Shown: piece after piece, positions 25,501-34,867 of the stretch
Layout of the letters: the number at the start of each line of letters is the position of its first letter
Position numbering within the stretch: position 1 is the stretch's first letter
NCBI GenBank assembly: GCA_951804945.1
Contig: OX638149.1
Span: 52,762,001-52,826,000, forward strand
DNA length: 64,000 nucleotides
Direction of reading: 5' to 3'
From: Podarcis cretensis
Lineage: Eukaryota
Program-made: the position numbers and the translations under genes
Notes under the pieces: generated by a model
Database searches by the model: none
Told to the model about the DNA's origin: nothing
Seen by the model: only the letters and a program-made list of their open reading frames with translations

Positions 25501-28459
25501 CTCTGAAAACTATTCCCAAGGGCATGTGGATCTGTCCCAAATGTCAAGACCAGGTATTGTTTGACACAAAAGGGGAAGCCTCTCGCAATGGTTCTCTGCT
25601 TTTGACAAAATGGGTGGGGCACATGGCTTAGACTTTGAGAGGGTGAAAATATCTGACCTGAACGGAAATGGCCTCACAAATTCAAAGCCATCAAACGTTT
25701 GCTTTTCTGTTCCACATCTCAGGGTACTAAACAGCCATTTATTTGCCATAGCAAAGCTCGAAGACTTACGGGGAAGATTCCCTTTGATCCACTTGCATCT
25801 TTATCTATTTCTGCTGCCACAATATATATATATATAATGTTAGCTTCATTCTACAATACATGTGTTGGAAAGTCCAGTACAGTATTTTAAGGTCTAGGAC
25901 AAAGCTACATGCTGGAAAACCAATGTTTGCATGATAATGCAGGGACACAGGGCATTTTACAGGTGAGAGTTAGCAGGCATGAGATAGATGCTAAATCTTT
26001 CCCCATAGCTGGCTTTGAGAGCAAAATAAGCCCAGCTGGGGAGGAACGTTTTGTGATGAATAACCACATGATTAAACACCCGTCTCCCACCCACCAATTC
26101 TCTTCTGGAAATGCCCCGCTACTCCTGCATTGCTGTTAACCAACAAACACATTTGTGGGAAATGCATGTTTGCCAAAGTAACATGTAGTTTTCTCCACGG
26201 AGACTGCTCTTTGCTATCAGAGTATTTTTCCTTTAGCTAATTAGATCAGCAGTTTGTGAATCATGAAGTCACAATCCTCTCTACTGGCAAGTTTTAAGAT
26301 CAGATATGTTGTCTCTTCATTCCTGTTCAGCTTGTTAAAATTTCATCAGCAGAAAATGTTTGTAGATGCAAGGGAATGTACAAAATTGCTGACATGGTGA
26401 TTAAACAGGCTTCCCTTGTGGGAGGTTTAGCACAGATGTGTGAGTATTTCATGCTATTAAATCTTGAGGGTCTTCCCAAACTATTGTGGAGGTTTTTGTG
26501 TGTGCAGTAAATGCAATGTTTACTTTCTTGAAGTGCGTGTTGAGTTGTGGATCAGGCATCTTTTTTGGATAATGCTTCTGTTGAGGAATTTCCCCAGTAC
26601 TCAAACCTCAGTATTCTTTTGCTTGGAATTTCCTTCCCCCCTCCCCGCTCCCCATTTCAGCATACTATTTTGAGTGCTGTGTATAAGCTGGTTGTGAATA
26701 TCACAGGCACATATGTTTTAGTGATTATTAACACAATTCCCCTTCTTCCTACTAGTGCCTCACTGTTTTGTTATCCATTTAGGGATTTTTATTTTTTTTA
26801 ATTAATTCTTTAGGGGCTGAATGCTTGCCTGCTGAAACAACCAAGCATAGAAATGATCATGTAATTGCCTTCATCTTCTTTTTTAATGTAGACTTTAAAG
26901 CAACAAGGCTACCCTTCCTTACCATTTTATGAAATTTGTGTTTTTTATTTAGTTCTTGAAAGGTTACGTGTTATCCCCATGCACTTGATAGCACTGCAGC
27001 ACAGTCTTCCTCTCCCTCCTTTTCATATGTGGATATAGTCTGGTTCATTTCTTTATCCCATTGGCCTCCCACATCCATCACATGTCAACAAAGCATCAGG
27101 CTTCTTGTCCCGGACCAGAACTAACAGCATCCCAAGAGTAGAACAAAGGGGAATTTTAAGTTGTTTTATTGCCTGGGGAGGGCCTAAGAAGAGAATGGCA
27201 TTGATTTTAATAGTTGTTGTGAAAGAAACCCTTTAGCGTGTGTCATCTTTCCTAGAGGTAGAACACGTCAGCCAAGTGTTCCTTCTCCTTTCTTTCAGAT
27301 GCTAAAGAAAGAAGAAGCAATCCCGTGGCCAGGAACTTTAGCAATTGTTCATTCATATATTGCATACAAAGCAGGTAAGAAAATGGTGCAGGGCTTGGCT
27401 TGGTTTTCTTTTCTTTGGAAAATGTTACTTTGAGGAAGGGAGTAGGATGTTTGTTTTCAGAAGGAAATTAAGAGCTGACTGAATGATAACCCCAGTAATG
27501 AAATGGATATGACAGCTTCATCTGACTCTCTTTATGTCTGCACCTGCAGCTTCAGGTATGGTCCAGTACTGGCTTTCCATTGTGCAAAAGCAGCTGAGAG
27601 ATCCCATCTGCAGGGCATAATTGATACATCTGATGTACTCTCTTTCACAGCAAAAGAAGAGGAAAAACAGAAATTACTGAAATGGAGTTCAGATTTAAAA
27701 CAGGAAAGGGAGCAGCTAGAACAGAAAGTCAAACAGCTCAGCAATTCTATAACAGTAAGTATTACTGTGCTAAATGATGGTTTGTTTATCCTCTGTGTTC
27801 CACTAGAAGCTACAGCCGTGAATCTTAGAAAATGACTGTTTACTGTGACCAATCACAGTATCAGTTCTGAGCCATGCTTCACCACAGCTTTGCCGTGGTG
27901 GTGTTTTTTAAAAGTCTCAGCGGCTTCTTATGTTTGTTAGAGCTTCTTTTTCTCTGCTAAGTCATAGTTGTAAGCTATATGCTGTAGTCGTGGCTGTGAA
28001 ATAGCATTTGCTTTCTTTGAACTCTTTGGTTTGCTATGTGGGCTATATTTGGTATGGGAGCCATGTTGTATCCACCAGGTGCTTTGACAAAGAATCTGTT
28101 TTTGCAGTCTCTTGTGGATCTTGGGATCCCTTTGCTTTCTCGTTTGGGCCTTTTTTTTATGAGCGCACTCATTAATGCAATGTCGTTCCAATCTGCTTCA
28201 GAAATGTATGGAAATGAAGAACACCATCCTGGCAAAACAGAAGGAAATGCACAGTTCATTGGAGAAGGTAAAACAGTTAATTCGCCTCATCCAGGGCATC
28301 AACCTTTCAAAACCCATAAACTCTGAGGGCAGTTCCGTCGCCATCTCCAATGGCATGGACTCCACCAATAACGCAAAGGCTGCCGCCGCCTCCACCCCAG
28401 CCTCTTCCCCCTCCCAGAGCTGCATGGTGAACTGTACCAAGGGCGACGAGACTAAATAA
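863..28459 (+). CDS. PHF21A: PHD finger protein 21A (BHC80), 5'-partial spliced CDS: join(863..1036,4665..4919,6155..6241,8225..8524,11298..11396,14636..14687,15981..16060,16610..16670,19622..19785,25398..25553,27299..27374,27651..27754,28202..28459)
   Basis: Exon translations closely match recalled vertebrate PHF21A ([11 protein letters not shown]..., TRKRGRPPKY AT-hook, [36 protein letters not shown] finger, C-terminal coiled coil). All junctions are GT-AG and phases join into an open 1866-nt frame. The N-terminal exons lie upstream of the window. Confidence 0.97.
2295..2506 (+). mobile_element. degenerate tRNA-derived SINE (Squam3-like)
   Basis: gggaaagactcctgcctggaa...tggtctgacttcatgtaaggcag resembles the recalled squamate SINE consensus; heavily decayed. 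Confidence 0.45.
4665..4919 (+). CDS. PHF21A: PHF21A coding exon ([12 protein letters not shown]...KNTVTL)
   Basis: ttag|AAG acceptor, TTG|gtaagt donor, 255 nt. Confidence 0.95.
6155..6241 (+). CDS. PHF21A: PHF21A coding exon ([10 protein letters not shown]...NFLPQ); alternative start 6152 through a NAGNAG acceptor
   Basis: tag cag|GTT tandem acceptor, CAG|gtgagt donor, 87 or 90 nt. Confidence 0.93.
8225..8524 (+). CDS. PHF21A: PHF21A coding exon (VRPKPVAQ...PNVEKQ)
   Basis: gtag|GTT acceptor, CAG|gtatta donor, 300 nt. Confidence 0.95.
10135..10172. repeat. (AC)n microsatellite
   Basis: Read directly from the sequence. Confidence 0.95.
11126..11268 (-). mobile_element. Penelope-like element (PLE) pseudo-LTR fragment
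   Basis: The minus strand reads ...ATCTGAAGAAGTGTGCATGCACACGAAAGCTCATACC...TTAGTTGGTCTTTAAGGTGCTACTGG...AGACCAACACGGCTAC, the layout I recall for reptile Penelope terminal repeats. Confidence 0.8.
11228..11267 (-). ncRNA. minimal type I hammerhead ribozyme motif
   Basis: GGUAU-CUGAAGA-A-GUGUGC(AU)GCACAC-GAAA-GC-UC^AUACC: stem I, CUGANGA core, stem II, GAAA, palindromic AGCU in place of stem III, and a UH cleavage site. Confidence 0.82.
11298..11396 (+). CDS. PHF21A: PHF21A coding exon ([11 protein letters not shown]...KREENPQ)
   Basis: tttcag|ACC acceptor, CAG|gtacta donor, 99 nt. Confidence 0.93.
12076..12113. repeat. (AC)n microsatellite
   Basis: Read directly from the sequence. Confidence 0.95.
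12269..12526 (+). mobile_element. 5'-truncated Sauria SINE
   Basis: Near-identical to the 3' ~260 bp of the full copies; (ACCTTT)n tail; no clear TSD. Confidence 0.9.
14636..14687 (+). CDS. PHF21A: PHF21A coding exon ([17 protein letters not shown])
   Basis: tacag|AAA acceptor, AAG|gtaaga donor, 52 nt. Confidence 0.95.
15981..16060 (+). CDS. PHF21A: PHF21A coding exon ([27 protein letters not shown])
   Basis: ccaag|AA acceptor, GAG|gtaaca donor, 80 nt. Confidence 0.95.
16518..16552. repeat. (TG)n microsatellite ~60 nt upstream of a PHF21A acceptor
   Basis: Read directly from the sequence. Confidence 0.95.
16610..16670 (+). CDS. PHF21A: PHF21A coding exon ([20 protein letters not shown])
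   Basis: taaag|CGC acceptor, GAG|gtaggt donor, 61 nt, ends in phase 1. Confidence 0.95.
19547..19569 (+). CDS. PHF21A: PHF21A alternative (neuronal-type) microexon encoding ANEEHWPK, mutually exclusive with the AT-hook exon
   Basis: TACTAAC branch point at 19500-19506, long pyrimidine tract, tgctag|CC acceptor, AAG|gtatgt donor. 23 nt, phase 1-0, the same phases as the downstream exon. The peptide matches the recalled mammalian short isoform. Confidence 0.92.
19622..19785 (+). CDS. PHF21A: PHF21A canonical AT-hook exon ([13 protein letters not shown]...PSPSSTD)
   Basis: tgtag|GT acceptor, GAC|gtaagt donor, 164 nt, phase 1-0; completes the RKRGRPPK AT-hook. Confidence 0.95.
21745..21883. mobile_element. 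old palindromic MITE-like repeat
   Basis: ctgtggccttccagatgttgctg...cagcagtatttggagagctaca inverted arms. Confidence 0.55.
21973..22339 (+). mobile_element. full-length Sauria (Squam1-type) tRNA-derived SINE
   Basis: Pol III A box (GGTGGCGCTGTGG) and B box (GGTTCGAATCC), (ACCTTT)n tail, 12-bp TSD TAGTC(G/A)TAACAC at 21961-21972 and 22340-22351. Confidence 0.93.
23106..23138 (+). CDS. candidate PHF21A in-frame cassette exon ([11 protein letters not shown])
   Basis: ~60-nt AG-free pyrimidine tract ending tgcatttctgtacag|, ATG|gtaacg donor. 33 nt, no stop, phase 0-0 inside a phase-0 intron. No transcript evidence. Confidence 0.4.
25398..25553 (+). CDS. PHF21A: PHF21A PHD-finger exon ([11 protein letters not shown]...WICPKCQDQ)
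   Basis: C4HC3 PHD motif; tatag|GGT acceptor, CAG|gtattg donor, 156 nt. Confidence 0.97.
27299..27374 (+). CDS. PHF21A: PHF21A coding exon ([25 protein letters not shown])
   Basis: ttcag|ATG acceptor, CAG|gtaaga donor, 76 nt. Confidence 0.95.
27651..27754 (+). CDS. PHF21A: PHF21A coding exon ([12 protein letters not shown]...SNSIT), coiled coil
   Basis: cacag|CA acceptor, ACA|gtaagt donor, 104 nt. Confidence 0.95.
28202..28459 (+). CDS. PHF21A: PHF21A last coding exon ([10 protein letters not shown]...KGDETK*)
   Basis: ttcag|AAA acceptor, TAA stop at 28457-28459. Confidence 0.95.
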   Translation, partial: KCMEMKNTILAKQKEMHSSLEKVKQLIRLIQGINLSKPINSEGSSVAISNGMDSTNNAKAAAASTPASSPSQSCMVNCTKGDETK

Positions 28460-28661
28460 CATAGCACAGGAAGAAGGAGCCGGGGGAGATGGCGGCGAGG
28501 CAGAAGAGCAAAACAATAAAACTCTAGAAAAGAAAAGCTGGATTTCTTCTGGAAAGCGCAAAACTCTTTGGTTCCAGAAAGAGCGCGAAGAGGCTTGTGC
28601 CAGGCAGCACCAGAGTTGCCAATCGATCCTCCTTATTCTGTGTGTACGTGCAAAGTTTGGA

Positions 28662-28839
28662 NNNNNNNNNNNNNNNNNNNNNNNNNNNNNNNNNNNNNNN
28701 NNNNNNNNNNNNNNNNNNNNNNNNNNNNNNNNNNNNNNNNNNNNNNNNNNNNNNNNNNNNNNNNNNNNNNNNNNNNNNNNNNNNNNNNNNNNNNNNNNNN
28801 NNNNNNNNNNNNNNNNNNNNNNNNNNNNNNNNNNNNNNN
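28662..28839. other. assembly gap (N run)
   Basis: Run of N. Confidence 0.99.
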
Positions 28840-29660
28840 GGGAGGAGGAGCAGGTTTCAAATCTTATCTGCAGACCAGTTTGTTTAGCTAAGGAAACTTC
28901 AAGTCCAAAGAGCCTGTGGGCTTTTCCTGTTTCTGAATTCTCCGTACTACTAAACCAAAAATCCAGAAATATGAATTAACAAGTCCTAGGGTCCAGAGAG
29001 GGTGGGGTGGTGGGAGTGGGGACCAAGCCTATCCAATAAGCAGTATTCACTATTGTTTTGACAGGAGAGACAAAAAGGAATGGGGAAGGGTTTTTCACTA
29101 AGTATCTAGTGCACACTCAGGCTGGGGATTACTAGATTGGCAGCTTTGGGTTTATCCACTTTTTTTCCAAATAGACAAGTGAAATAAATTGCTGGTTTGG
29201 GCATCACATTGGCCCAGGAAGCTTTTGCTGAGGAAAAGGAGAAGGGAGGGGGACTAATATAATCAGCCTGGGGTTTCAGAAAAGCGGGTCATGACTGAAA
29301 TGAAAATTCCAACTTTTTTTTTTGTACACTTGTCAAGCAAAAGTGATATTCCAAACAGTACAGCACATGTCCCAAACATATGGCCCAAATAGTAAAAAAA
29401 AAAAACAAAAAAAATTAAAATGCCTGTTTCCTTTGTTTCCTTTCTCTTTTGGTTACAAATGTAAGGAATAGAAAAGCTGTTTTTTTCAGGCTGACAGTCC
29501 GATTAAAGAGGTAGATGGGACCTTGCATGGTATAGATTAGAAGTAATAGTGTCAGTGAGATACAGTGAGTCTTTGTGAGTCCGTGTGTCATCGTTTTGGG
29601 CACTGTTTTTTATGCAAGGGCAAAATCTTTGTATCTGGGGGAAAAACAACTTTTTTAAAT

Positions 29661-29812
29661 NNNNNNNNNNNNNNNNNNNNNNNNNNNNNNNNNNNNNNNN
29701 NNNNNNNNNNNNNNNNNNNNNNNNNNNNNNNNNNNNNNNNNNNNNNNNNNNNNNNNNNNNNNNNNNNNNNNNNNNNNNNNNNNNNNNNNNNNNNNNNNNN
29801 NNNNNNNNNNNN
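29661..29812. other. assembly gap (N run)
   Basis: Run of N. Confidence 0.99.
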
Positions 29813-32800
29813 TTAGAATTTTTTAACACAGGTTTTGCTTATGATGTTGCCATTCTGCTGTGTTTCTGTTTGGAAAATGCCTTGGGGGTGAGTGTCGAGA
29901 GATTGTCATGCCATTCAAATAGCCTGTGGGATTGAACTGCATCCAGTCTGCAAACCTTCCTCCAAGTGGTGGAATTTCTCCTCTGTTAAGCTGCATTGGC
30001 AGCATTTAAAAATCTTTGTCGTTATAGCACCTAGATTATAGGGAGAACGTGGAGACAAAGGATTTTAGCGTTGAGATCTGGCTCTGCTTAGCACAGCTTG
30101 TCTGTCTTCTGAAGCAAATTGTCGCAGTAATTTCATGCTATTAAAATGCTGGTGCTGGACATGAGATGAGCGAGTCTGAAATAGCCACCTTTGCATAGAC
30201 AAGTGCAAACGGCCAATATTTCATACCCTTTCACTTCCATGGCAGCACTCATGTTGGCGTAAGTCATGGCAGTCAGCCCGGGTCCATGTTAGAAAGTCTC
30301 TCCTCTGTCAGACAGCCAGTGATGGTGCTGCCATGCTTTTACTATTCTGTGTTGAAGAACTATGCATCCTAATGCACTTTATTTACATAATCACCTGAAT
30401 TTTGTTCCTGCCACTCATGGTTTGTGGCGGTTTCTTTACTTCTAGCCTCCAGTCTTCTCCCTCAAGGACTCCTCAGTGACACTCAGTTATGCTCACGGTC
30501 CAGCAGCTGATTTTTTATCACTATACATATCAGTGAAGAGTAAGGACAATTCGTGTCAAATAGCCTTAGCTTTACGTTTGAAAAAGATCAGGCCTTACCA
30601 TTTGACTTTTGATACTCCATAGTGAAGTTGGCAGCTTTCTAAGTACCTGGTGTTATTAGCAAGTAAAGCCAGAAGGCAGCCAATCAGGAAAATTGCTCAG
30701 AGGAAATAACACTTTTTATAGCAATACACAGAGCAAAATATCGTTGGGGGCATGTTTGAGAGGCCTTTTCATCTTGTGACCTACCAAGACAAATGTAGCC
30801 CACCAGATCCCTGATAATTCTCCTGGTTTTGCCTGCCTTTGAGTGCAGCATACAAGCAACCGTGTGTGTTGGGTGGTTTGCATTTGGCTTGATGGGTCAC
30901 GCAATTTGCAAACCTACATTTAGATATTCTGAGTGTAACGGGTGAAAAATAGACAAGTCCTCGTATTTCAGGCCAAAAGCTGGATTTCCAGCAGCAAGGA
31001 ACAGGAGGAAGCCAATTACCCTCTTCTGGTTGATAAATTTTTGTTGGCTGTTGACAGAGGCAGGCGAATGGGATTTCTGATTTCAGCTGTTCCCATGTTC
31101 ATGTGGCCCTTCCTTCCCCTCACCAAACACACTTGCCATCCTTGTATTCTTTTCCCTTAAAGCCATAGGTTCGTTCAGAATGGCCACACATGCATGAATT
31201 TGGGCAATGGCCATCATGCCCTCTTAGCCTATGATGTAAGGTGCAGGGAGTGCAGAACTATTTGCTTTATCTTAAACATGGAACAGGTGCCAAAAATAGT
31301 GATCTTGTGTTGAATTCTCTGCCTCCTTTGTGTTCTGCAAACCCTGCAGTGTCGTCAGGTTATGAAAAGTTGTACCACACAGTGCAGAGAGGGAAGACGA
31401 AAGCTCAGTGCAAGGCAGTTGTAAGGGGAAGGGGAAGAGAGTCATGTGTTGATCTGCCCTGAGGAAGGGGCATTTGTCTGCTACCTTCCACTTTTAAGCA
31501 ATTTAAAAACTGTGCCTCAGCAAAGTAGTATTAATAACATGCTACCTTTATGCCCCCACAATGGGGCTCACAGTTAACCCCTGGTACTTTCTGAAGGGAA
31601 AACAATTTATTATACTAAGGTCTCCCATGTGTTGAAACCTTGCTTTGGATTTAGCCATGGGGTTGTTGTTTTTTTGGGGGGGTTACTTTACATTTGGCCT
31701 CTCTTGACTAGTGACATCTGTAGTACAACTTTGCTTAGCCTGCAGCACTGGAGTGATCAGCTAGTTTAAAGTGAAGAGCAGCAAGGTACTCTTGTGAATC
31801 TTTAATTGTGTCATTCTTCTGATTTTGTGTGTACTTCTCTCCTTGCCCCTTCATCCCTGCCTCGCTGGCGTCTCCTGTCCTGGAAATGCCACCAGCTAAG
31901 TTTAAGAGGGATTTGGCTTCTGGAAATATAGCAGGAGGAGAAAATAAAGTTTGGGCATGTTTTGTCTGGCTGTGCAGAAAGATCCTTGCTTGGGTAGCAG
32001 ATGTGTCAGATTTCCTTTTGCCTTGAGAAAACGTAGGGGAACCACAGTATCCTTTTTCATCAGGGTAACAAGTTTGTCACCCTGATTTTCTTAGAATTCA
32101 GAAACATAATTAGTACTATGAGAGGACAGTGTTCTGCACCTGAAGGCTGGATCCTGGCTAGTTGCTTGCATGCAGATGACATTGCTTATTTACATCCTAC
32201 TCCTAAACATTCTGCAGGAGTTGCCTGCTGCTGCCTTGGCTCATTTGTGGTACGCTGTGTGAGTGTCAGGGTGTATGCTCATGGGCTGGTGCAGCAAAGT
32301 CCAGAGAGTACCCATCCATATTTGAGGATGCAGCTGGGAGTTATTATTTGCAATTGAAAATGGAAATAATGGATTGTGTGGTCAGACTCCATTAGTTGTT
32401 GTAAGGTGGAACCTATTTGAACTTGTGACTTTTCTGGTGCTAAAGAAGTCTTGTACCAGATTTAATCTTTTTTTTTTTTTACTGACGAGACACTGTCACA
32501 AGAATAACTACAGCTTCGTAGTTGTTGGGAAATTGCAGCAAGCATAGCCCATGCATTTGTGATTGGAAAATACAAATTAGAAGATGATAGGCAGTACTTG
32601 TGCAAAAACATTTCTCTCATTCGGCCCAACAATTCTGTGTACTTTCAACCCCCCCAGCCCCAGCACTGTAACATTGCTATTTTAGTTTGGTGCCCTTGGT
32701 CAATCCAGCAATGCAGTGTACATCTAACAGTGTCCCCATTCAAACAGGTTTGCAAATGCAGCTATTTCCTGTGTCCCACACACTTCTAAGTATAAGGGGG

Positions 32801-34413
32801 AAGTCCCACAGTTGTATCTAGGTCCAGGGTAAGCAGAAATGCCTCCCCCTCCCCCCAATAAAGTTTAGGAGGCTTTTTTTTTTACTTGTTTTCTAATATG
32901 TATGCAGGTTACAACAATGCTCAATTATGTGCTAAATCCCGGTTTAACCCTCTGCAAATGACATTGCAGGTAACAAAAACAGAAAGGCCTAAACTCAGTG
33001 ACAATTACAGCATCTAATTTCCTTCCCATCAGCTGAGGATGATAAGAAGCCTCTTTGTTATGGGGTCTATAATTTTGCCCAGGTGCTGACTGTTTCTTTA
33101 CGTGACCAAGAATGGACAACAGCAAACATTCCCAGGTGAAGCTGTCATTATCTGCATCAGTGTTGGCAGCTTTTAGAAATGGCTCTGCACAGCACCTCCA
33201 TTTTTATTGTGGTTGGGTTGGAATAAATAGTTATTGACCCTGGCATTTATCATCCCCCTTCCCCTAGCACATGCTCTGCTTGAGTTTAGCCAGGGCTCCC
33301 TTTGCAGCTCAGTTACGTGAGCCTAGAGGTTGAGTGTTGAGTCCACCATCCACTCCCCCAGCAATAAGTGCTGTACCTGCATCCCTATCTGCTGGGGAGT
33401 CTGCTCACTCCACAGTGCCACACCTGTACATCCCCACAGTGAAGGAAGGCGCCTTGTTGAGAGAACGTGCTTTAGCAAGGATTGGGCTAACCTGGTCCTT
33501 CACTCTTCACTCTTCCTATGGGATTGAACAGCAGGGGTCTACACACCCTTGCTGGCTGCATTGGAGTCTTTCAGTAGCACACCAATTGAAAAGTCCTATT
33601 AGTGCCAATTTACATTAAGAACAACAGGCCTGTGAGAAGTGAACCAAGACTAAGAACGGGCATTATCAATAAAGTTTTATCTTGAAATTTTATGTCAGTT
33701 TGGTCATATCTGAACTAGCAAATACTGAATAGTCCTTAGCTTTTCTACTCTGTCAAGTCCAAGTGGTTTGTTGGATGTTACACTCACCTGTGGCTTATGT
33801 TGTAGTTTCATTCCATTCTTCGGTAGTAGAGGAAATGGCAGTGGGCTGCTTACTAGCCAACTATCCCATCTGTGACTCAAGACCATTGTTGAAGCCAGAA
33901 TATTTCTAGTAACTGGAATAAGGACTCTTTGAAATAAGTGGTCTGTGAAAGAGGCCATGACCCTAAAAGGAAATTCACAGCCTTTGTTTTTAAGGCAGTG
34001 GGTTTCTAAACCCTCCTCCCCCATGTACACTGATGTATTGATTCATACATAGCCAGCATCCTCCCATCTCTTCTTCTCCTGATGTTTGTGCCAGATAAAC
34101 TCAACCTCACTCGTACTGCCTCTGCATCCATCCTGAGTTCCCATACCTTTAAGTGAACTGGGCACAATATTGCTTTCACAGATCAACACCCTGTGAATGT
34201 TATATGGATGCATGACTTCTGTTGGTTAGGTGGGTTTCTTTTTTGTTAAGTTTTTCTTTTTCTTTTTTTAAGAAATTGAATAGCCTGGTGCTCATAGTGA
34301 TTTGCAGTCTCTTTGCTGCCTTCTTTTCTGTAGCCTTCCAGTCCCTTGTGGGTTTGGTACAATTGTGTCTAGATTTTAGTCTATTAAGGTGGGAAGAAAA
34401 AGAAGGGGTCCAG

Positions 34414-34457
34414 AATAAACGATCAATTTGTATTTATTTAACATTTTACTAAATAAA
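34414..34457 (+). terminator. poly(A) signal cluster (AATAAA x2), probable distal PHF21A 3' end
   Basis: AATAAA at 34414-34419 and 34452-34457, TGTA upstream element and GU/U-rich downstream sequence. Confidence 0.55.
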
Positions 34458-34787
34458 ACTATGAAATCTATTGTCTCTAGTTGTTTATCATGCAGCTGTG
34501 TTCATGTGTGCTGACCCCCCTTTGCTTTGTCCACACTGAAGCTGCAAACGAAGAGAAATGCAGCTTCTCCCATCAAAGCTGAAGGTTTAACTGCAAACAG
34601 GTATGTTGTGCCACACCCTAAAGGTGCAGACACTGCAGGCAGATCAATATTGGCACTTCCAGGATTTGGAAAGGTGGCTGCTTGCCAATCATGGCAGGGG
34701 TACTGCCAGGGAGCTAAGAATACATAATTGAATGAAACTAAGGCTAGCCCGAGGCCTAATTCTAGTGTATGCCCCATATAAATAGAG

Positions 34788-34867
34788 AACACTCAGAGCT
34801 GCGTTTCAGCTCCCCTCTCCCATCACTCCCAACACTCAGAGCTGCGTTTCAACTCCCCTCTCCCATC
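34788..34867. repeat. direct duplication of a 37-bp unit (period 43)
   Basis: AACACTCAGAGCTGCGTTTCA(G/A)CTCCCCTCTCCCATC at 34788-34824 and 34831-34867. Confidence 0.9.

Larger units (their letters stand above)
28460..34480 (+). other. PHF21A: probable long PHF21A 3' UTR
   Basis: Follows the stop codon, is poor in recognisable transposons and U-rich, and ends near AATAAA at 34414-34419 and 34452-34457. The end point is inferred; earlier AATAAA hexamers also exist. Confidence 0.55.

Noticed and set aside
28568-29935. ORFs with poly-X
   Set aside because: Artefacts of the N gaps.
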